Of a stretch of 64,000 bases of DNA, positions 50,901-59,987 are shown piece after piece. Position 1 is the stretch's first letter. Each line of letters begins with the position of its first letter. The translations under genes were made by a program, and so were the position numbers. The stretch comes from Dokdonella ginsengisoli (GTDB taxonomy: Bacteria; Pseudomonadota; Gammaproteobacteria; Xanthomonadales; Rhodanobacteraceae), in assembly GCF_042652785.1 (NCBI RefSeq), contig NZ_JBHSHD010000002.1, positions 103,750 through 167,749 on the forward strand. Direction: 5' to 3'. The notes under the pieces were generated by a model, which was not told the origin of the DNA, ran no database searches, and was given only the letters and a program-made list of their open reading frames with translations.

Positions 50901-51246
50901 GCGGCGGCTCGACCGGCCGCATCGGCACCGGTGCGGCGGCGTCGAGCGCCTTCAGCACGAGCGCGGCAACGTGCTTGCAGTCGCCGCCGAGCGGACAGGT
51001 GCAGTGCGTGTGCAGATGCGGCAGCGCGGCGCCGTTCAGCGCGATGCGCACGCTCGCCGTGTACGGCTCCGGCGCGCCACCCTGCACCGCACCGTACAGC
51101 GCGCCGGCTTCCGCACGCTCGCTGTCGTACCAGATCCGCCGCACGCGGCCGTGGCGCAGGTAGCCCGCGCCCTCCTCGAGCGTGTGCCGGTCCAGCGCGG
51201 ACTCCGCACGCTGCGACAGCCATTGGCGAAAGGTCGATTCATCCAT
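47944..51246 (-). CDS. SNF2-family helicase/ATPase with an N-terminal SWIM zinc-finger region.
   Basis: The SWIM-like CxC...CxH is [15 protein letters not shown]. The SNF2 motifs are I ([13 protein letters not shown]), II ([11 protein letters not shown]) and the C-terminal helicase domain (...[21 protein letters not shown]). The ATG was mapped at 51244-51246. The upstream 136 codons of the listed ORF are noise. Confidence 0.85.
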   Translation of the reverse strand: [1100 protein letters not shown]

Positions 51247-51388
51247 GCGCGAACGCGTGCGGCCGGCCGGGAAACCTCCCATCCTGCGCGCGCGCGCCGC
51301 CGCCGTCCAGCCCGCGTCGCGGGAACCGCGACGGCGCGACGGAAACGGTTCAGCGAGGAATGCCGCCGACGGCCGGTTGCCGCGTTCC

Positions 51389-52768
51389 TCAGGCGGCGAA
51401 GTGCGCCTGCGCGCGCGCGATCGTCGCGTCCGCATCCTCGGCAATGGCACGGAACGCGTTCGAAATGCGCGCCTCGCCGGCGACGCGCCGCCAGAATTCG
51501 CGCGCCATCGGCGCCGCCGCGCGCCAGTCGGAAGCCTGTTCCGGCGCCGGCAGCGCGATCTCGTAGCGGCGTTCGACGATCTCGCCGTTGACCGCCGGCC
51601 GGAACCGCATCGGCAGCATGTCGTAGGCCGGCGCGAGCGGCAGCGGCAGCGCATCGCGCAGGTGCAGCGAGGCGTTGCCCAGGTGCATGTCGCTGTTGCC
51701 GATCAGCGTTCCGTACCAGTGGAACAGGCGCAGGCGGCGCGCGTCGTCGGCGTCGAGCCAGCCGTCGCGATGCAGCTGCGCGGCGAAGCTGAGCCATGCG
51801 ACGCGACCGTGGCCGTAATGCGCCGCGTCGAGCGCGGCCAGCGAGACCAGACCGCGGCGGCCGAGCGACGGCGTGCGATCGAAACGCGTCGACTGCAGGA
51901 AAACCCGCCCGCCGGCTTCGACGATCGTGCTGTCCGCGGCGGGAAGGCCGTGCTCGCGCAGCACCGCGCCGGCATGATGTTCGGCGATCAACAGGTCGGC
52001 CCAGCGCCGCCCGGCCGGCGTTTCCAACTGATCGCTGAACTTGACGATGACCGGGACGAAGCCTTCTTCCGATCGCAAGGTGATCGCGAACTTCGGCTGC
52101 TCGCCCCCGGCCGACGACCCGACCGCCTCGCCGCGCAGCGCAGCTTCGGCGAGTGGCGGGTAGCGCGCGACGCGATCGTCCAGGGGAAGCGTGCCCTGCG
52201 GATCGAGGATCGACTGCAGCGCACGCTGCAGGGACACCTCGCCGAGGACCAGATCGCCGGACAGGTCGTCGCCATGGCGCAGCATCGCGAGCACGACGTC
52301 GTCGCCGCGCCAGAGCAGGATGTCGTCCGATGCGCCGATTTCGGCGGCGACGCGGCGCGCGAACGCGCGGCCGAGAAAACCCTGCGGCCGCTGGTCGTCG
52401 AGGAACCAGGGCAAGCCGGGGTACAGGCCGGAGGCGAAATCGCCGTGCGTCAGCGCCGGGCGCTCGCCGTCGGGCGCGAAGAAGAATCCGTCGCCGTGCA
52501 GCGCATGCAGTTCGCCGATCCGCTCGGGCCGCGCCTGGGCGTCGATGCGATACAGCGCCCAGTGACTGCCCAGGCGCGCGATTTCGTGAGCGAGCGCGTA
52601 GCGCGCCGCGCGCGCGCGGCCGATGCGCACGACGCGCTCGCCGGCCTGCGTCAGCAGGCGCGAAACCGTCGGCTGGCTGACCCCGAGTTCAGCCGCGATC
52701 GCCGCCGCCGGCAGCACGCCGCGGCGACGCAGCAGGGTTTCGAGAAGGTCCCAGCGAGCCTCGTCCAT
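51389..52768 (-). CDS. HipA-like Ser/Thr kinase with an N-terminal HTH (YjjJ-type single-protein HipA homologue).
   Basis: The N-terminal HTH is LPAAAIAAELGVSQPTVSRLL. The C-terminal HipA catalytic loop is GNSDMHLGN. No separate hipB gene. Confidence 0.8.
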   Translation of the reverse strand: MDEARWDLLETLLRRRGVLPAAAIAAELGVSQPTVSRLLTQAGERVVRIGRARAARYALAHEIARLGSHWALYRIDAQARPERIGELHALHGDGFFFAPDGERPALTHGDFASGLYPGLPWFLDDQRPQGFLGRAFARRVAAEIGASDDILLWRGDDVVLAMLRHGDDLSGDLVLGEVSLQRALQSILDPQGTLPLDDRVARYPPLAEAALRGEAVGSSAGGEQPKFAITLRSEEGFVPVIVKFSDQLETPAGRRWADLLIAEHHAGAVLREHGLPAADSTIVEAGGRVFLQSTRFDRTPSLGRRGLVSLAALDAAHYGHGRVAWLSFAAQLHRDGWLDADDARRLRLFHWYGTLIGNSDMHLGNASLHLRDALPLPLAPAYDMLPMRFRPAVNGEIVERRYEIALPAPEQASDWRAAAPMAREFWRRVAGEARISNAFRAIAEDADATIARAQAHFAA

Positions 52769-52778
52769 GAGGTGGATT

Positions 52779-52916
52779 GAATAGATTCATGAATAGATAG
52801 TCAAGCCAAGCCCGCTCAGAAAAGCTCGCAAGGATAGACTATCTCAATGATATGCAATGGAAATTATGGAATAGACAACCAGACCCAATCCAAACCTCTG
52901 CGATTCTTGAATAGAT
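52779..52916. promoter_or_regulatory. Four GAATAGA(T) direct repeats plus a GATAG-a-CTATC palindrome in the promoter region of the HipA-like gene.
   Basis: GAATAGAT at 52779, 52791 and 52909, and GAATAGA at 52869. The palindrome GATAGACTATC is at 52843-52853. An AT-rich 267-bp intergenic region lies between the ior stop and the hipA-like start. Confidence 0.45.
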
Positions 52917-53035
52917 ATTTCGCAGAAGACGCGGACCTACGCCGACGCGACGGGCCGGATCGGCCGCCGTATCGTCCGACGCAAATTCCAGCCTCGCCCC
53001 GCGACGTCACGGACAGCGCCGCGACGTTGTCGGCC

Positions 53036-56000
53036 TCACGCCGCCACGCGTTGTGCCACCGGATTGCGCCACGCCGCCAGCAGGTCGTCCTGCCGCTTCA
53101 TCGCGTTCTCGAAGTGGCGTTCCTTGACGTGGCCGTAGCCGCGGATGAATTCCGGCACCGAGGCGATGTCGACGGCCAGCGCGTGATTGTCGCCGCTCAG
53201 GCCGGCCAGCAGCTCGTCGAGCGTCTTGCCGTAGTCGGCGATCAGCTGGCGCTCCATCCGGCGCTCGGCGGTGTAGCCGAACACGTCCAGCGCGCCGCCG
53301 CGCAGACCGCGCAGCTTGGCCAGCAGCTTGAAGGCCTTGAACACCCACGGGCCGTACTCGGCCTTCTTCAGGTTGCCGTCGGCGTCGCGCCTGGCCAGCA
53401 GCGGCGGGGCGAGGTTGAAGTGCAGCTTGTAGTCGCCGTCGAAGGTGTCCTTGAGGCGCTGCTCGAAGTCGCCGCTGGTGTACAGGCGCGCGACCTCGTA
53501 TTCGTCCTTGTAGGCCATCAGCTTGAACGCGTAGCGTGCGACGGCCTCGGTCAGGCTGGTGAAGCCCGGCGTCTTCGCCGCTTCCGCAGCGCGCACCTTG
53601 TCGACCAGCGCCTGGTACTTCGCCGCGTAGGCCGCGTTCTGGTAGTCGGTCAGGAAGGCGACGCGGCGCGCGATGCGCTCGTCGAGCGTGGCGCTGAGCG
53701 TCGCGTCGTCGAGCGCACCGGCGTTGCCGTTCGACGCCGCACGGCGCACCGGCAGGGCGAGCGGGATCGCGCCTGACGGCGTGTGCGGGTTCGGCAGCCC
53801 GGCTGCCTTGCGCACCTGCACGACGTCGTGCGCGGCGAGGCGGCCCCAGTTGAACGCGGCCTTGTTCATCTCGATCGCCGCGCCGTTGAGTTCGATCGCG
53901 CGCATCAGCGATTCGTGCGACAGCGGCACCCAGCCCTTCTGCCAGGCGTAGCCGAGCATGAACAGGTTCGCCGCGATGGTGTCGCCGAGCAGCGCGGTGG
54001 CCAGCTCCGTCGCGTCGACCAGTTCCGGCGAGGCGCCGTCGAGCGCGGTCTTCACCGCATCGATGATGGCCTGCGCCGGGAACTGCATGTCCGGCTTCAT
54101 CGTGAACGTGCCCGGCATCGCCTCGTAGGTGTTGAGCACCACGCGCGAGCGGCCGGCGCGGATCTTCGACAGCGCCCAGTAGTCGTTGACCACGACCATG
54201 TCGCAGCCGAGCACGAGGTCGGCCTCGCCGGCGGCGATGCGCACGGCGTGGATGTCCTCCGGCGCCTTGGCGATGCGCAGGTGGCAGGTCACCGCGCCGC
54301 CCTTCTGCGCCAGGCCGGTCTGGTCGAGCACGGTGCCGCCCTTGCCTTCCAGGTGCGCGGCCATGCCGATCAGCGCGCCGATCGTGACCACGCCGGTGCC
54401 GCCGATGCCGGTGACGAGGACGTTCCACGGCTGCGCCAGGTCGGTGGCGAACACCGGCTGCGGCAGCGCCGAGAAATCGACCTCGGCCTTGCCCTTTTTC
54501 TTCTTCAGGCCGCCGCCGACGACCGAGACGAAGCTCGGGCAGAAGCCCTTGGCGCAGGAGAAGTCCTTGTTGCAGTTGCTCTGGTCGATCTCGCGCTTGC
54601 GGCCGTACTCGGTTTCCTTCGGCAGCACCGAGACGCAGAACGATTTCTCGCCGCAGTCGCCGCAGCCTTCGCAGACCAGCGAGTTGATGAACAGGCGCTT
54701 CTTCGGATCTTCCATCTTGCCGCGCTTGCGGCGGCGGCGCTTCTCGGTGGCGCAGGTCTGGTCGTAGATCAGCACGCTGACGCCTTCGATCTCGCGCATG
54801 CGCTTCTGCACGGCTTCCAGTTCGTCGCGGTGCACGAACTCGACGCCGGCCGGGAAGATTTCCGGCCTGGACCACTTGGCGATGTCGTCGCTGACGACGA
54901 TGATCGTCTGCACGCCTTCGCTGCGCACCTGGTGCGCGATGTCCGGCACGGTCAGCGTGCCGTCGACCGGCTGGCCGCCGGTCATCGCCACCGCGTCGTT
55001 GTAGAGGATCTTGTAGGTGATGTTGACCTTGGCCGCGATCGACTGGCGGATCGCCAGCGAGCCGGAATGGAAATAGGTGCCGTCGCCGAGGTTCTGGAAC
55101 ACGTGCCTGGTTTCGGTGAACGGCGCCTGCCCGCACCAGGTCACGCCTTCGCCGCCCATCTGGGTGAAGGTGTCGGTGCGGCGGTCCATCCAGGTGACCA
55201 TGTAGTGGCAGCCGATGCCGCCGAGCGCGCGGCTGCCCTCGGGCACCTTCGTGGAGGTGTTGTGCGGGCAGCCCGAGCAGTAGTGCGCGGCGCGCGGGAA
55301 GTTCGCGCGCGGCAGGGTCAGTTCCTTCTCCTTCGCCTCGATCCAGGCCACGCGCGCCTTGATCGCCTCGCTGGTGAAGAAGCGCGCCAGGCGCCGCGCG
55401 ATCACCAGCGCGATCATCGCCGGCGTCAGCTCGTTGGTGCTCGGCAGGATCCAGTTGCCCTGCTCGTCGTACTTGCCGACCACCGAGGGACGTACGTGGT
55501 GGTCCCAGTTGAACATGTACTCCTTCATCTGCGACTCGATGAAGGAGCGCTTCTCCTCGACGACGATGATGTCTTCCAGGCCGCGCGCGAAGTCGCGGAT
55601 GCCGACCGGCTCCAGCGGCCAGGTCATGCCGACCTTGTACACGCGGATGCCGATCTCGCGCGCGTCGCGCTCGCTGATGCCCAGGTACTCGAGCGCCTGC
55701 AGCACGTCGAGGTAGCTCTTGCCGGTGGTGACGATGCCCAGGCGCGCGTTCGGCGAGTCGAGCACGGTCTTGTCGATGCGGTTGGCGCGCGCGAACGCGC
55801 ATGCGGCCTGCACGGCGTACTGGTGCAGGCGCATTTCCTGGTTCAGCGGCGGATCCGGCCAGCGGATGTTGAGGCCGCCGGCCGGCAGCGCGAAGTCTTC
55901 CGGCAACACGATGTCGAGCTGGTGCGGATTGACGTTGACGCTGGCCGACGACTCGACCGTCTCGGCGATCGTCTTGAAGCCGACCCAGCGGCCGGTGAAG

Positions 56001-56602
56001 CGCGACATCGCCCAGCCGAGCAGGCCCATGTCGAGGATGTCCTGCACGCCGGCCGGATTGAGCACCGGCATCATCGCGCTGACGAATTCCAGTTCCGAGC
56101 CGTGCGGCAGGGTCGAGGAGCGGCAGGCGTGGTCGTCGGCGGCGAGCGCGAGCACGCCGCCGAACTTCGAGGTGCCGGCCGCGTTGCCGTGCTTGAACAC
56201 GTCGCCGCAGCGGTCCACGCCCGGACCCTTGCCGTACCACATCGCGAACACGCCGTCGTACTTGGCGCCGGGGAACAGGTTGGCCTGCTGCGTGCCCCAC
56301 ACCATCGTCGCGCCGAGGTCCTCGTTGAGGCCCGGCGTGAACTCGATATTCGAGGTCTTCAGGTGCTTCTTCGCCTTCCACAGCTCGAGGTCGAAGCCGC
56401 CCAGCGGCGAGCCGCGGTAGCCGGAGATGAAGCCGGCGGTGTTCGCGCCGGCCGCGCGGTCGCGCATCTGCTGCATCAGCGGCAGGCGCACCAGCGCCTG
56501 CACGCCGGACAGGTAGATGCGGCCTTCAGTGCGCGTGTACTTGTGCTCGAGCGTGTACTCGCGATCGATCGACGGCGCGAGAGCGGCGGCGGGAACGGAC
56601 AT
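53036..56602 (-). CDS. Indolepyruvate ferredoxin oxidoreductase family protein (fused IorA/IorB, 1188 aa).
   Basis: TPP-binding GDGTYFHSG. Two 4Fe-4S clusters: CEGCGDCGEKSFC and CNKDFSCAKGFCPSF. The PFOR gamma/beta regions are present. The ATG was mapped at 56600-56602. The upstream 255 codons of the listed ORF are noise. Confidence 0.85.
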   Translation of the reverse strand: MSVPAAALAPSIDREYTLEHKYTRTEGRIYLSGVQALVRLPLMQQMRDRAAGANTAGFISGYRGSPLGGFDLELWKAKKHLKTSNIEFTPGLNEDLGATMVWGTQQANLFPGAKYDGVFAMWYGKGPGVDRCGDVFKHGNAAGTSKFGGVLALAADDHACRSSTLPHGSELEFVSAMMPVLNPAGVQDILDMGLLGWAMSRFTGRWVGFKTIAETVESSASVNVNPHQLDIVLPEDFALPAGGLNIRWPDPPLNQEMRLHQYAVQAACAFARANRIDKTVLDSPNARLGIVTTGKSYLDVLQALEYLGISERDAREIGIRVYKVGMTWPLEPVGIRDFARGLEDIIVVEEKRSFIESQMKEYMFNWDHHVRPSVVGKYDEQGNWILPSTNELTPAMIALVIARRLARFFTSEAIKARVAWIEAKEKELTLPRANFPRAAHYCSGCPHNTSTKVPEGSRALGGIGCHYMVTWMDRRTDTFTQMGGEGVTWCGQAPFTETRHVFQNLGDGTYFHSGSLAIRQSIAAKVNITYKILYNDAVAMTGGQPVDGTLTVPDIAHQVRSEGVQTIIVVSDDIAKWSRPEIFPAGVEFVHRDELEAVQKRMREIEGVSVLIYDQTCATEKRRRRKRGKMEDPKKRLFINSLVCEGCGDCGEKSFCVSVLPKETEYGRKREIDQSNCNKDFSCAKGFCPSFVSVVGGGLKKKKGKAEVDFSALPQPVFATDLAQPWNVLVTGIGGTGVVTIGALIGMAAHLEGKGGTVLDQTGLAQKGGAVTCHLRIAKAPEDIHAVRIAAGEADLVLGCDMVVVNDYWALSKIRAGRSRVVLNTYEAMPGTFTMKPDMQFPAQAIIDAVKTALDGASPELVDATELATALLGDTIAANLFMLGYAWQKGWVPLSHESLMRAIELNGAAIEMNKAAFNWGRLAAHDVVQVRKAAGLPNPHTPSGAIPLALPVRRAASNGNAGALDDATLSATLDERIARRVAFLTDYQNAAYAAKYQALVDKVRAAEAAKTPGFTSLTEAVARYAFKLMAYKDEYEVARLYTSGDFEQRLKDTFDGDYKLHFNLAPPLLARRDADGNLKKAEYGPWVFKAFKLLAKLRGLRGGALDVFGYTAERRMERQLIADYGKTLDELLAGLSGDNHALAVDIASVPEFIRGYGHVKERHFENAMKRQDDLLAAWRNPVAQRVAA

Positions 56603-56673
56603 GGCGGCTACCGGTGAGGGGGCTTGGGGCAAGAGCGGAATTGTAGCAGGCGGGCGGCTTTCCCCCGGCCGGC

Positions 56674-57906
56674 TCAGGGCGCGGCGGCGGAATCGGCCGC
56701 CGGCTTGGCGCGGAACGGGAACGTCTGCTGCGCGACCCAGCCGTCCGGCATGTAGTCGCCGACCACGCCGTACTTTTCCGGCAGCGGCTTGTGCTCGGGC
56801 ACCTTCACCGCGGTGCCGAACAGATGGTCGAGGAAGGCGTAGTGCGCGGCGTAGTTGCGGTCGATCGCCTCGTCGTCGGAGGCGTGGTGCCAGTGGTGGA
56901 AGTCCGGCGTCACGATCAGGTACTTCAGCGCCCCCCACGGCAGGTGCACGTTGGCGTGGTTGAGCACCGCCTGGAAGCCGACGATGAGGATGTAGGCGTT
57001 GATGACGGCCTCGCTGAAGCCGAGCACGAACAGCGGCGCCAGCACGCACACGCGCGTGAACACGATCTCCAGCACGTGCTGGCGCGAACCGGCCAGCCAG
57101 TCCATCGTCTTGGCGCTGTGATGCACGGCGTGGAAGCGCCACAGGAACGGGATCTCGTGGTAGGCGCGGTGCGTCCAGTACTGCGCGAGATCGGCGACCA
57201 GGATGCACAGCAGCAGCTGCGGCACGAACCAGATGCGCTGCACGGCAAGCTGGAAGTCGTGGCTGACCAGCCAGGCAAAGCCGTGGTGGATGACGAAATT
57301 CACCGTCAGCAGGATCACGCCGACGAGGAAGTGGTTGACCGCGAAGTGCTTGAGGTCGGTCTGCCACTCGCGGCGGAACACCGTCTGGTTCCGGTACAGC
57401 GGGAACAGCTTCTCGATGACGACGAAGATCAGGGTCGAGCCGAGCAGGTCGAGGATGAACCAGTCCAGGCCGATGTAGGGCGTGTGGTCCGGGAAGTCGC
57501 CGACCTGCACGCGTGAGCCGCCGAGCGCGACGGCGAGGATCACCAGCGCGAACGCCACCAGGTTGAGGTTGCGGCGCACGCCGAGCACCAGATTGGCCAG
57601 CGACAGGCCGCCGGCGATCAGCAGGGCGACGAACATCGCGTGACGCAGCAGGTCGACCGAATACTGGCGGCGCAGTTCGGGCGTGGTCAGATATTCGGGA
57701 AAATGGAACGCGATCACGCCGAGCAGGCAGAGAAAGCCCAGGGCCAGCGCGACGATCGTGGCGATCATCCCCTGGCCGAACTTCAGCTCGCCGCTGCCGT
57801 GCAGGAGGCGCTCGGTGTCGCTGGCGGTGGCGCGCACCACCTCTACGTTCGCCCGCAGCGCGTCGCCGAGCGTGTAAGGCGTGCGACTGGTCGATGGCTT
57901 GGACAT
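56674..57906 (-). CDS. Fatty-acid hydroxylase / sterol desaturase superfamily membrane protein.
   Basis: Histidine boxes HRAYHE, HAVHHS and HHWHH sit in a multi-TM protein. AGGAA lies 7 nt before the ATG. Confidence 0.8.
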   Translation of the reverse strand: MSKPSTSRTPYTLGDALRANVEVVRATASDTERLLHGSGELKFGQGMIATIVALALGFLCLLGVIAFHFPEYLTTPELRRQYSVDLLRHAMFVALLIAGGLSLANLVLGVRRNLNLVAFALVILAVALGGSRVQVGDFPDHTPYIGLDWFILDLLGSTLIFVVIEKLFPLYRNQTVFRREWQTDLKHFAVNHFLVGVILLTVNFVIHHGFAWLVSHDFQLAVQRIWFVPQLLLCILVADLAQYWTHRAYHEIPFLWRFHAVHHSAKTMDWLAGSRQHVLEIVFTRVCVLAPLFVLGFSEAVINAYILIVGFQAVLNHANVHLPWGALKYLIVTPDFHHWHHASDDEAIDRNYAAHYAFLDHLFGTAVKVPEHKPLPEKYGVVGDYMPDGWVAQQTFPFRAKPAADSAAAP

Positions 57907-58041
57907 TCCCGGCTTCCTCGCGGACGATTCGGCGCCGATTCTAGGGATTGTGCCGCCGCCGATACACGCCCCGCGACGGCGGGGCTCGCCGCTCGCTCCG
58001 CCGGGTGGTCAAATGCGCTGCCCTCTCTGCACCGCGCCGCG

Positions 58042-58827
58042 ATGACCCCGCCCAAAGCCCCGCCACTTGCGTCCCTGGCCGGCGCCACGCTCGTCGTCAC
58101 GCGGCCGGCGGCGAGCGCGGCCTCGCTCGTGCGGCCGATCCGCGCACGGCACGGCACGCCGCTGGCGCTGCCCGGCCTGTCGCTGCGCGCCTCGGACGCC
58201 GGCCTGGCGCCGCTGCGCGCGGCCGGACGCTACGATGGCTGGATCTTCGTCAGTCCGGCCGCGGTGCGTTTCGCGTTCCGCGCCGAGCCTTCGCTGCGCA
58301 TCGCGAGCGGCGCGTGGGTCTGCAGCGTCGGCGCCGGCACCCGCCGCGCGCTGGCTCGCCACGGCATCGCCGCCGTGGCGCCGAGCGAACGCGCCGACAG
58401 CGAAGGCCTGCTCGCCCTGCCCGACCTGGCCGAGGTGCGCGGACGGCGCGTCGCGCTGGTCGGCGCACCGGGCGGACGCGAGCTGATCGCGGCGACCCTG
58501 CGCGCGCGCGGCGCCGAGGTCGAGGCGGTGCACGTCTACGAACGCATGCCGCCGCGCTGGAGCGCGCGGCAGTTGCAGGCGCTCGCGCAGGCGAGCGCGC
58601 CGCTGATCACGCTGCTGTCCAGCGGCGAGGCGCTGTCGAACCTGGTCGCGCAGCTGCCCCGCGACACGCTGGCGCGCCTGCGCCGCCAGATGCTGGTGGT
58701 CAGCAGCGAACGCCTGGCCGCACTGGCGCGCGCGAACGCGTTCGAGGACGTCCACGTCGCCGCCTCGGCCCTGCCGGCCGACCTGCTGGCCGCAGCGCAG
58801 AAGGCGCTCGCGCGACACCGCTTGTGA
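58042..58827 (+). CDS. hemD: Uroporphyrinogen-III synthase.
   Basis: A HemD-like 261-aa protein followed by hemX-hemY. Only the last 262 codons of the listed ORF 57640..58827 are real. Confidence 0.75.
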   Translation: MTPPKAPPLASLAGATLVVTRPAASAASLVRPIRARHGTPLALPGLSLRASDAGLAPLRAAGRYDGWIFVSPAAVRFAFRAEPSLRIASGAWVCSVGAGTRRALARHGIAAVAPSERADSEGLLALPDLAEVRGRRVALVGAPGGRELIAATLRARGAEVEAVHVYERMPPRWSARQLQALAQASAPLITLLSSGEALSNLVAQLPRDTLARLRRQMLVVSSERLAALARANAFEDVHVAASALPADLLAAAQKALARHRL

Positions 58828-58883
58828 CATCGCCGCACGCTTCCGGGGCTGCCTCCACCAGCCAGTTCCGCTAGCATGCCGGC

Positions 58884-59987
58884 ATGAGCGACGACACCGA
58901 AACCGCGCTGCCCGCGCCCGCCGTCGAGCCCGTCCGGCGCGAGCCGGAATCCCGCCCTCCGCAGGATCCGCCGCCGGCGCGTCGCGGCGGCGGCCTGGCC
59001 ACTTCGATCGCGCTCGTCGCGCTGGCCGCCGCCGGCGCCTCGTTGTGGTTCGCCTATACGCTCAAACAGGGACAGGCCGACGCGCAGGCCTCGCTGCGCG
59101 ACGACCTGCAGGCGCGCGTGGACGACCTCGCCCGCGGCGCCGAGCAGCGCAAGCGCGATCTCGACGCGCTGCGCGCGCGCCTCAACGATGCCGACGGCGT
59201 CAACAAGAGCGTGCGCGAGGAACTGCTCGGCCTGGGCGAACGTTCGCGCCATCTCGAAGACGCGGTCGCCAACCTGGCCGAACAGCGCCTGAGCGGCCGC
59301 GACGCGCTGGCCATGAACGAAGCCGAATTCCTGCTGCAGCTGGCGCAGGAGCGGCTGTCGCTGTTCCGCGACGCGCACTCGGCGATCGCCGCGTACCGGC
59401 TGGCCGATTCGGCGCTGGCCGCGGCGGAGGACCCGGTGTTCGCCTCGGTGCGGCAGACGATCGGCGCCGAGCGCCAGGCGCTGGAAGCGAGCAAGCCGGC
59501 CGAGACGCAGGCCACGCTGGCGGCGCTGGAGCGCCTGCGCACGCAACTGCCGGAACTGGCCAGGCAGACCGCCCCGGAAGAAGCCGCCGCGCCGCCGTCG
59601 CGCTGGCAGAGTTTTCTTTCGCAGTTCGTGCGCGTGAGCCATCGCGACGACGCGACGGTCGCGCCGCGCGACGTCGAACTCGTGCGCTCGTTGACCGCGC
59701 TCGACCTGCGCGTGGCCGAGGCCGCCCTGCTGGCCGGCGACGCCGACGGCTACGCCGCCGCGCTGGCGCGCACGCGCGACGGGCTGAGCTCCGGCTTCGA
59801 GGCGAAGGCCGCGCCGGTGCAGGAGGCGCTGGCCGAGCTGAACCGGCTCGCCGCGCAGCCGCTGGCGCCGGCGCTGCCCGAGCTGGGCACCGCACTGAAG
59901 GAGCTGCGCAACCTGCGCGCGACGCGTGCCCTGTCGCACCCACCGGCCGCGCCCGCCGCGCCGTCGAACAACGAGGCCGGTACATGA
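58884..59987 (+). CDS. hemX: HemX-like membrane protein.
   Basis: A Pro-rich N-terminus and one TM helix are followed by a long coiled-coil. It sits between hemD and hemY. Confidence 0.7.
   Translation: MSDDTETALPAPAVEPVRREPESRPPQDPPPARRGGGLATSIALVALAAAGASLWFAYTLKQGQADAQASLRDDLQARVDDLARGAEQRKRDLDALRARLNDADGVNKSVREELLGLGERSRHLEDAVANLAEQRLSGRDALAMNEAEFLLQLAQERLSLFRDAHSAIAAYRLADSALAAAEDPVFASVRQTIGAERQALEASKPAETQATLAALERLRTQLPELARQTAPEEAAAPPSRWQSFLSQFVRVSHRDDATVAPRDVELVRSLTALDLRVAEAALLAGDADGYAAALARTRDGLSSGFEAKAAPVQEALAELNRLAAQPLAPALPELGTALKELRNLRATRALSHPPAAPAAPSNNEAGT

Noticed and set aside
53783-56617. Plus-strand ORF 53783..56617 (944 aa), and other plus-strand ORFs inside the ior gene.
   Set aside because: They are antisense to an ior-family gene that has unmistakable TPP and 4Fe-4S motifs. 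Their composition is Arg/Ala/His-rich noise.
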